DNA of 62,992 bases, the filler included, from Reclinomonas americana ATCC 50394 (lineage: Eukaryota), in the NCBI GenBank assembly GCA_048213135.1. It is 9 parts of 6 records of this genome, joined end to end, with 100 filler letters (N's around TTAATTAATTAA, not from the genome) between each part and the next. Parts side by side here need not be neighbours in the genome. Positions count along the whole stretch, not along the records: positions 51,394 to 55,902 come from PS015463.1; positions 56,003 to 60,937 come from PS015464.1; positions 61,038 to 62,992 come from PS015471.1; 6 more parts are not named here. One strand, 5' to 3'. Made by a program: the position numbers and the translations under genes. Below, in pieces: positions 54,660 through 62,992 of this stretch. Within the stretch, counting starts at the first letter, position 1; each line of letters starts with the position of its first letter. The notes under the pieces are model-generated. The model had not been told where the DNA came from and did not search any database. It saw nothing but the letters and a program-made list of their open reading frames with translations.

Positions 54660-55658
54660 NNNNNNNNNNNNNNNNNNNNNNNNNNNNNNNNNNNNNNNNN
54701 NNNNNNNNNNNNNNNNNNNNNNNNNNNNNNNNNNNNNNNNNNNNNNNNNNNNNNNNNNNNNNNNNNNNNNNNNNNNNNNNNNNNNNNNNNNNNNNNNNNN
54801 NNNNNNNNNNNNNNNNNNNNNNNNNNNNNNNNNNNNNNNNNNNNNNNNNNNNNNNNNNNNNNNNNNNNNNNNNNNNNNNNNNNNNNNNNNNNNNNNNNNN
54901 NNNNNNNNNNNNNNNNNNNNNNNNNNNNNNNNNNNNNNNNNNNNNNNNNNNNNNNNNNNNNNNNNNNNNNNNNNNNNNNNNNNNNNNNNNNNNNNNNNNN
55001 NNNNNNNNNNNNNNNNNNNNNNNNNNNNNNNNNNNNNNNNNNNNNNNNNNNNNNNNNNNNNNNNNNNNNNNNNNNNNNNNNNNNNNNNNNNNNNNNNNNN
55101 NNNNNNNNNNNNNNNNNNNNNNNNNNNNNNNNNNNNNNNNNNNNNNNNNNNNNNNNNNNNNNNNNNNNNNNNNNNNNNNNNNNNNNNNNNNNNNNNNNNN
55201 NNNNNNNNNNNNNNNNNNNNNNNNNNNNNNNNNNNNNNNNNNNNNNNNNNNNNNNNNNNNNNNNNNNNNNNNNNNNNNNNNNNNNNNNNNNNNNNNNNNN
55301 NNNNNNNNNNNNNNNNNNNNNNNNNNNNNNNNNNNNNNNNNNNNNNNNNNNNNNNNNNNNNNNNNNNNNNNNNNNNNNNNNNNNNNNNNNNNNNNNNNNN
55401 NNNNNNNNNNNNNNNNNNNNNNNNNNNNNNNNNNNNNNNNNNNNNNNNNNNNNNNNNNNNNNNNNNNNNNNNNNNNNNNNNNNNNNNNNNNNNNNNNNNN
55501 NNNNNNNNNNNNNNNNNNNNNNNNNNNNNNNNNNNNNNNNNNNNNNNNNNNNNNNNNNNNNNNNNNNNNNNNNNNNNNNNNNNNNNNNNNNNNNNNNNNN
55601 NNNNNNNNNNNNNNNNNNNNNNNNNNNNNNNNNNNNNNNNNNNNNNNNNNNNNNNNNN

Positions 55659-55902
55659 ATGACGCCGTCGCCGCCGACAATGACTCAAGTCGGTGCTCGG
55701 GTCAAGAACGGCCGTCGGCGACAGCGCCGCTCCGAGGAGCCGGAGGACGACGAGCACGAAGAGCGCGATGAGACAGCGAGTGAGGATGGCTCTGACGAGA
55801 CGCACTCGCAGCGGAAGAAGAAGCCCCGTGGCGCCGGGAGCAACTCTGCCAACAAACCGCCGCCGGTCGAGCATGAGGTCGCATTGGCCACGCGTTGGTT
55901 CG
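55659..55902 (+). CDS. Acidic/basic coding fragment with an NLS-like RKKKPR
   Basis: Open frame MTPSPPTMTQ..RRRQRRSEEPEDDEHEE..RKKKPR..EVALATRWF between two gaps. Confidence 0.4.
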
Positions 55903-56002
55903 NNNNNNNNNNNNNNNNNNNNNNNNNNNNNNNNNNNNNNNNNNNNTTAATTAATTAANNNNNNNNNNNNNNNNNNNNNNNNNNNNNNNNNNNNNNNNNN
56001 NN

Positions 56003-56714
56003 AGGAAGTGCATTCGCCGGAATGCCCATGGGCGACGGCGGCGCCGGCATGCCGCCGCCATGCATCGGCGGTGGTGGTGGTGGTGGTGGCGGCGGGGGCG
56101 GCGGTGGTGGCAGTGGAACCGAAGCGTGCGACTGCGGCTGCGGCTGCGGGACTCTGCCAAACTGAAAATTGGAGAAGGACGGAGCGGCGCCCACCGGGGC
56201 CGCTCCAAAGCCATTCGGCGGCATGTTTGGATACACCGAGTACGGCACTGGCATTACCCTCGCAGCAGCAGCAGCAGCAGCATCACCGCTGTTACTCTGA
56301 CCAAACCCGGGGTTGGTGAACTGCACTGGCACCGGCAGCGGCGACTCGGGCATCTTGGCGCCCTCTTTCGGCACAATGACAATGACATTGGTCGGCGCCA
56401 GGCCCATGCGCAACACAACCATCAGCTGGTTGGGCGCATTGATGTCGCGCGACACCAGCGATCCACTCATCACATCGCAGTGCGGGAACATCTCAGGCAG
56501 CCTCTGTGCGCTTGTCGTCAGCCAGGAATGGACAGGTTTTTTTCAGGAAACAGACAAGTGATACACAACAGAGGTATCGAGTTGCACGGCGGGCGGCGCC
56601 GGTGATGGTGATGGTGGCGCCACACCGCGCATCAGTGAGGTGGTGGTCACAGCTGGTGCGGCGGGAGGTGGAGGCGGTGGTGGTGGANNNNNNNNNNNNN
56701 NNNNNNNCTGACAT
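56003..56714 (-). CDS. Hypothetical proline-rich protein (3'-partial)
   Basis: RLPEMFPHCDVMSGSLVSRDINAPNQLMVVLRMGLAPTNVIVIVPK followed by polyproline tracts. Confidence 0.45.
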
Positions 56715-57940
56715 GCCGACTGCTGCAGCACAGAAAGCATGCTTTGGCGCAACTGATCATGGTGTGTGTGTGTTGTGTTGTTGTGTTCTCTCCGAAAAGT
56801 ACAAAATAAAAATCCGACAACACAACCGACCGGACGCCGCTGCCGAGTCGCGCCTTCCAGTCGCGATCTAAAACAGGCCACCGGGCTCGACGCCATCTTC
56901 ATCTTCTCACAGAGCACAGCATAAACGGTGCCACGTGTTCTCCAATGCGAGCTTGCACGTACACAGCGCACGATCCGGGGGTCGTGCCAACTCCGAACGC
57001 GCGGCGAATTTGCAGATGGATCGATATTGCGAGAAAAGCTCAGGTGTGACAACTCACACTCGACATCGGTGAACGGGACGATAGGAGAAATGCTGGAAAT
57101 GCGCCGCTGGCACATTGGCAGAGCCTGGCTGGCTTGGGAGAGGCGCGTCGACGCGATTTAACACACCAAATTTGGAACACCTGTTTTCGTGGTACATTAT
57201 AATTACACGGCCGGCGTCGGCTTCTCCCAGACCAATCGCGACAAGACGACATGACACGCACGTGGCAGCATCCGGCACGCACACCGACAGGGCACAAGGG
57301 CCGTGAGAAGGCGCGCGCTGCGGTGTCGGGCGACTCGCGATCGCGCGCGTGCGAAAATAACCATGCAGTCTGCAAGGACCTCCGAATCGCGAGGGCCCCG
57401 TACCGCTCGTACGTGTCCAGTTCATGCAGTGCAAATCGCCGGACAACACTCTGACAATGGCGTGAAAACGCGTGTTAAACACGCTGTCAGAATTGTTGTC
57501 CCAAAGTTTCAATCCAACGTCGGCCACGGACAACAACGAGTGCAAGCACGCCTGGCCCCGGACACGCACCGTGTGCTCATATGTCAGAATGCGAGTGCAC
57601 GCATGCATGCCGCGTCTGGCAGAACGTCGCGCAATGTCCTGAATGCACAAGATCGACCGACGACGACATCAAGATGGAGGGCCAACGTGGACTCCCGCCG
57701 ATCCTTTCACCACCACCAGTCAGTGGCGACAAGGTGCAGAACGAATGCAAAACTGCGTCTTCCTGCGTGACATCGAAAATAACTCAATGTTTCTCCGCGC
57801 GTGTGTGTGTGTGTGTGCTTTGTGTCTTAGCCTGCTGCTGCTTCACCGTTGCGTCCACTGCCTTTCGTGTATGCGGATGTGTGTGCGAGTGTGCGAGAGA
57901 GTTCACACACTCACTGCATGTGCGTCTTCCATCACTATAG

Positions 57941-59725
57941 ATTCAAGGTCAATTGGGCGGCAAAGCCTGCTGATGCCCCCGCTGTGGCGCAAGCAGCACC
58001 GAGCGCAGTCGCACTCGGCGGTGTTCCTGTAGCGCTGAAACCGAATCCGTTTGGCGCATCACCTGCGTCTCCGGTGGCTCCTGCTGCGCCTGTCGCCAAG
58101 GCATCGTTTAGCTTTGGTGTCAAGGCGGCGATTCCCTCGGCCCCCTCTGCTCCTGCTGCCCCTGCTGCTGCGCCTGTTGCTGCCGCCAAGCCATCTGGGT
58201 TCGGTTTCGGTGCTCCTGCGCCTGCTGCACTTGCCGCCAAACCATCAGGGTTTGGCTTCGGAGCTCCTGCAGCCGCTGCACCTGCTGCTGCGCCTGTTGC
58301 TGCCGCCAAGCCATCTGGGTTCGGTTTCGGTGCTCCTGCGCCTGCTGCACTTGCCGCCAAACCATCAGGGTTTGGCTTTGGTGCTCCTGCAGCCGCTGCA
58401 CCTGCTGTTGCCGCCGCGCCTGCTGCCAAGCCGCCTGGATCTCCTGTAGCCGCCGCACCTGCTGCTGCTGCTGCTGCACCTGCCGCCAAACCATCAGCGT
58501 TTGGCTTCGGTGCTCCAGTAGCCGCTGCGCCTGCTGCCAAGCCGCCTGGATCTCCTGTAGCCGCCGCACCTGCTGCTGCTGCTGCTGCACCTGCCNNNNN
58601 NNNNNNNNNNNNNNNNNNNNNNNNNNNNNNNNNNNNNNNNNNNNNNNNNNNNNNNNNNNNNNNNNNNNNNNNNNNNNNNNNNNNNNNNNNNNNNNNNNNN
58701 NNNNNNNNNNNNNNNNNNNNNNNNNNNNNNNNNNNNNNNNNNNNNNNNNNNNNNNNNNNNNNNNNNNNNNNNNNNNNNNNNNNNNNNNNNNNNNNNNNNN
58801 NNNNNNNNNNNNNNNNNNNNNNNNNNNNNNNNNNNNNNNNNNNNNNNNNNNNNNNNNNNNNNNNNNNNNNNNNNNNNNNNNNNNNNNNNNNNNNNNNNNN
58901 NNNNNNNNNNNNNNNNNNNNNNNNNNNNNNNNNNNNNNNNNNGCGCCTGTTGCTGTTGCTGCTGCGCCTGCTGCCAAGCCATCCGGATTCGGCTTCGGTT
59001 CCCCTGCTGCCGCTGCGCCTGTTGCTGTTGCTGCTGCGCCTGCTGCCAAGCCATCAGGGTTCGGCTTCGGTTCCCCTGCTGCCGCTGCACCCGCTGTTGC
59101 TGCTGCTGCACCTGCTGCTGCACCTGCCGCCAAGGCATCAGCGTTTGGCTTTGGTGCTCCTGCTGCCGCTCCTGCCCCTCCATCAGCCGGATTCGGCTTT
59201 GGTTCTTTTGCCGCGGCAGACAAGCCTCCTGCGGCCGCGTCGCCTGGTGTCCGGAACCCGTTTGCCGCACCCGACAAACAGCCGGCTAGCTTGAATCCGT
59301 TTGGTGCTGCTGCTGCTGCTGCTTCCTCGCCCGCAGGCGAGCCGGCCAAGCCGTCGCCGTTCAGTGGAAAGGTGGCATTCGGCTCTCCGGCGGCGGGATC
59401 TGCCGTGGCAGCGGACTCAAAGTTGTCACCATTCGGTGCCGCAGCCTCCGCAGCTGCGCCTCCGGCCAAACCGAGATTCGCCGTCGGTAGGGCGTCAAGC
59501 AGTGGAGCGTCAGGGGGCGTGGCATCTGCGGCCGCCGGCGGTCGCCAACGCGTAGACCAAGCCACGGCGGTGTCACGCCTGGCGGAAAACACCAAGCAGA
59601 TGGCCGAGTCGGCTTCCGCGCTGGCCCAGCAAGCGCAGCCAAACTGGCCAACGCTGGCCACCATCGCAGAAGCCGTTTGCGCCATGGCCTTGGCCACCGT
59701 CTCTGCTGCACAATCGCGAGAGTAA
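57941..59725 (+). CDS. FG/FxFG-repeat protein, nucleoporin-like (upstream exon(s) uncertain)
   Basis: Many KPSGFGFGAP/KPSAFGFG units with Ala/Pro spacers, NPF motifs and a short helical C-terminus; TAA at 59723-59725. Confidence 0.72.
58160..59170 (+). repeat. Coding minisatellite encoding KPSGFGFG units (includes a near-perfect ~120-bp tandem duplication)
   Basis: 58160-58280 is repeated almost exactly at 58280-58400; further degenerate copies continue across the gap. Confidence 0.9.
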
Positions 59726-59765
59726 ATTGTCACTTGTTGCATTCTCTCACGCACACACACACGCC

Positions 59766-59937
59766 ATGCTCTCCAACTGTCTCTCCGAGCTGCACTCCAT
59801 CCGACTGCGCCCCGACGAGCATGCCCACATTCACTCCATCTGTGTGTGCGAGGTGCCGGCCACCGCCGTCGCCGCAGCCTCCACCGCAGCAGCCACAACA
59901 ACCTCTGCCGCAACACGAACCTCTCCCAGCAGTCGAG
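59766..59937 (+). CDS. Probable first exon of a kaptin (KPTN)-like gene
   Basis: MLSNCLSELHSIRLRPDEHAHIHSICVCEV.. weakly resembles the kaptin N-terminus; donor gtactc at 59938. Confidence 0.4.
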
Positions 59938-60411
59938 GTACTCATAGTTGCATGTCCTTGCGTGCCCTCACTCACTCACATGCGCATGAGCAGCAANNNN
60001 NNNNNNNNNNNNNNNNNNNNNNNNNNNNNNNNNNNNNNNNNNNNNNNNNNNNNNNNNNNNNNNNNNNNNNNNNNNNNNNNNNNNNNNNNNNNNNNNNNNN
60101 NNNNNNNNNNNNNNNNNNNNNNNNNNNNNNNNNNNNNNNNNNNNNNNNNNNNNNNNNNNNNNNNNNNNNNNNNNNNNNNNNNNNNNNNNNNNNNNNNNNN
60201 NNNNNNNNNNNNNNNNNNNNNNNNNNNNNNNNNNNNNNNNNNNNNNNNNNNNNNNNNNNNNNNNNNNNNNNNNNNNNNNNNNNNNNNNNNNNNNNNNNNN
60301 NNNNNNNNNNNNNNNNNNNNNNNNNNNNNNNNNNNNNNNNNNNNNNNNNNNNNNNNNNNNNNNNNNNNNNNNNNNNNNNNNNNNNNNNNNNNNNNNNNNN
60401 NNNNNNNNNNN

Positions 60412-60937
60412 CGTGGCCTCGTATCCGACAACGAGCCCGGCTTCACCACCGCCACGCCCAGAAACACGTGCTGTTGCACGTCGTGCGGCACCAAAGCCCC
60501 CATGCACACAATCTCCGCACTCGGCGGCAACGTCAGTGGGATCTCGTACAGGCGCGGCAACACCGCTGCCGCGCCCGACTCCAACTGGTGCTGTGCTGCT
60601 GATGCAGCAGCAGCGGCTGCAGCCATCGCGGCTGACCTTGACGACTGTGAGGACGAGGCTGAGGGAGGAGGAGTGGCATGGTGGTGGGAGTGATGATGGT
60701 GATGATGATCCTCGTCGACAAGGTACACACGACGCTGTGTGACCACAAACACGTGTCTACGCGGTGGCGCGCTGGTAACACTCGCTGCACTGCCGACTGC
60801 CGATCCTTCACTCGCAGTGGGTGCGACTGCGGGGGGAGTAGTCGGTGGGGCTGTTGGAGGAGCTGCAGGCCGCGGACTTGAGCGACTGCCTGCTGCGGGA
60901 GGAGGAGGAGCAGCAGCAGCAGCAGGGGGAGGTGGAC
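60412..60937 (-). CDS. KPTN: Kaptin (KICSTOR subunit)-like exon, probably on an inverted contig
   Basis: YEIPLTLPPSAEIVCMGALVPHDVQQHVFLGVAVVK resembles kaptin ELQFNYIPVDAEIVSIDTF...LVVGITFIK (recalled motif). Confidence 0.5.
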
Positions 60938-61102
60938 NNNNNNNNNNNNNNNNNNNNNNNNNNNNNNNNNNNNNNNNNNNNTTAATTAATTAANNNNNNN
61001 NNNNNNNNNNNNNNNNNNNNNNNNNNNNNNNNNNNNNGGGGCATGCAAAGACGTGAGGAGAGGAGGCAGTGCAGGGGAGTGCAGCGACGAAACAACACGC
61101 AC

Positions 61103-61593
61103 CTTGGCGTGATGCGCAACGTGGTGCAGCTTGAGCGTGTCTGCGAATAGACATTCAGGGAAAGGGGGTGGTGGTGGAACACAATCCGGACACCTCCCAT
61201 CCCACTCTGCCGCCCACAAGACGAGGACGACGAGGCGCACCGCACGCTCTCACTCACTCACTCACTCACTCACTCACTCACCGAGACGCGCCACGGCATT
61301 GCGATACGGACCAAATCCAGTCGCCACCGAGATTGCTGCTCACACAGTGCGTCACCACTCTGCCCATGATTCACACACGCACACTCAACACACGCACCCT
61401 GTCTTGTTATCTCCTTCAGCTGGCGACCAGTGATGCCCGTCAGACTCGGCACATGCAACACGAGGTTCTTGAAGTTCCGATACTCAAACGAGCGGATCAC
61501 TCTCATCACCAGTGTGAACGAGCTGGGTGGTGGCTCTCCTCCACTCCCACTTGCCTCAGAGGGCGCGTCGGATGCCGACGCAGCAGAGGCCAT
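61103..61593 (-). CDS. AIM29: UPF0538 / C2orf76 / AIM29 family protein (3'-partial)
   Basis: TLVMRVIRSFEYRNFKNLVLH..TGRQLKE..|AISVATGFGPYRN..|DTLKLHHVAHHAK. Confidence 0.88.
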
Positions 61594-61697
61594 GATATGA
61601 TCGCGCTTGTGCGTGAGTGAGCGATTAGATTGCGAGTGACTGATTGCTCGCCTGTCTTTGTCTCTCTCCACACACACTCGCTCTTGCTGCTGTACGG
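61594..61697. promoter_or_regulatory. Probable bidirectional promoter between AIM29 and WDR61
   Basis: Divergent ATGs only 104 nt apart. Confidence 0.55.
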
Positions 61698-62979
61698 ATG
61701 AGGTCAGTTGTCTCTCAGTGTGTGAGCATGTGTGTGCATGCTGCTGATATGTGCTTGCGTGCGTGTGTGCACAGTTACGCGCAGAGTTTGCGACGAGAAG
61801 AGGCGCATGTGGATGGCATCTGGTGTGTGTGCTGGCCGCGCAGTGGAGCACCACTGGTGACTGGCTCAGTCGATGGTGCTGTCAAGCTGTGGTGCGTGTG
61901 TGTGTGTGTGTGTGTGACATGCGCGCGCACTCTTTTCTCTCTTGTCTCTTACACATGCGTGCAGGGCACCGGAGACACTCGAGTCGAGAGTGCAGTTTGA
62001 CGCGCATCCGCTTGGTGTGCTGTCGGTGACGTGCGATCAGGGTGGACGAGGTCTGTGTGTCGATGAATGATTGATTGTGATTGATTGCATGCACTCATTT
62101 CAATTCTCCCCCGTTAGTGTGCGCTGCCTCGTCCATGGACAGCCTCATTGCCATCTACGACTTGGAGCGTGGACAGCGAGTGAATGAGATTGGCAAGAAG
62201 AGTGCACCAAGTTGCGCGCATGCATCGTTGCTGCGGTGCTTGCTGTTGTCTCACGCTCATTGTCAGTGGACATATGGACGAGCTGCATCACGCCCGACGC
62301 CAAGTACGTGGTGGCTGGCGGGCAAGTTGCGCTGCACAGTGGTATGCGTGCGTGCATGTAGGGTCGTTGAGTCGCTCACCAGCAAGCATGCAGAGTGGCA
62401 AGGCGCAGTTGTATGATGTGGAGAAAGGCGGCAATCCGACGGCGTCGTATGAGACGCGCGGCCCGTTCATCATGAGTGTCAAATTCGTTGCGTGTGCGCC
62501 GCCGTGTTGTGTTTGGCTTGCTGCGTGTGCAGTTCTCAATGACTAAGGCAGAGCCCCGATGGGCGGATGCTGGCGTGTGGGTCGAAGGACGGCCTGGTCA
62601 CTGTGTTTGACGCCGAGAGCCGTGCGCTGCTGTACCGATTGGAGGGTTACGTCTGGCCCTCCCTCACTTTCCTGTGTGCGCATCGTCTGAAGAGAATTGG
62701 ATGCCGACAGGTCACTCGTTGTGTGTCCGCGCCTTGTCGTTCACGCCGGACTCGGCACACTTGATCACGGGCTCCGACGACAAGCACATCCACGTGTACA
62801 GCATGGCCGATGGCCGTCTGGTGGGCTCTGTCAGTGGCCACTCGTCGTGGGTCGTGTCGGTGGATGCTTCGCCCGATCGGCGGCATTTTGCGTCTTCGTC
62901 CACCGATCACCACGTCAAGGTGTGGGATTTGCGGACGCGCGAGGCGGTCACCACATTTGGTGGATACCACACCGATCAG
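61698..62979 (+). CDS. WDR61: WD40 protein WDR61/SKI8 (3'-partial)
   Basis: EEAHVDGIWCVCW..LVTGSVDGAVKLW..HPLGVLSV..ASSMDSLI..PMDIWT..TRGPFIMSVKFSPDGRMLACG..EGHSLCVRALSFTPDS..LITGSDDKHI..SGHSSWV..SSSTDHHVKVWD..HTDQ. Confidence 0.94.
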
Positions 62980-62992
62980 GTGTGCATTCTTT

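Noticed and set aside
56720..57570. Intergenic stretch as an ncRNA (snRNA or tRNA) or small gene; 47500-48060 likewise
   Set aside because: No recognisable snRNA, tRNA or protein motif by eye; a covariance-model search would be needed.

Overview
Gappy draft assembly of a compact, GC-rich, intron-dense eukaryote, probably a protist; the lineage cannot be fixed from this window. Eight artificial 100-nt spacers (N44-TTAATTAATTAA-N44) split it into nine blocks. Most introns are about 55-100 nt, and some are expanded by CT/CA microsatellites. Genes were spliced by hand. Housekeeping genes: cystathionine beta-synthase, NDUFS6, MED16, BET3/TRAPPC3, CDC73, a kaptin-like gene, UPF0538/AIM29 and WDR61/SKI8. 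Other genes: a TPR protein, a secreted Cys-rich protein, a TPR-ProRich-coiled coil-Pelle/RLK-like kinase-RING fusion, a giant RNF213-like AAA+/RZ-finger E3 ligase, a multi-TM protein, two secreted SUEL-lectin/EGF proteins, an ARM-repeat protein, an FG-repeat protein and several hypotheticals. Three signals stand out. (1) About 20 frame-consistent introns in 8 genes use a 5' splice site GTTGCG(Y), the ordinary GTGCGT donor with one extra U, which moves the conserved G from +5 to +6. (2) Two consecutive 4-nt microexons are needed to build the kinase catalytic loop. (3) The RNF213-like gene sits next to the unusual TPR-kinase-RING gene, forming a possible immune locus. Several gap-bounded contigs appear mis-oriented. 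All identifications come from motif recognition by eye, not from database searches.
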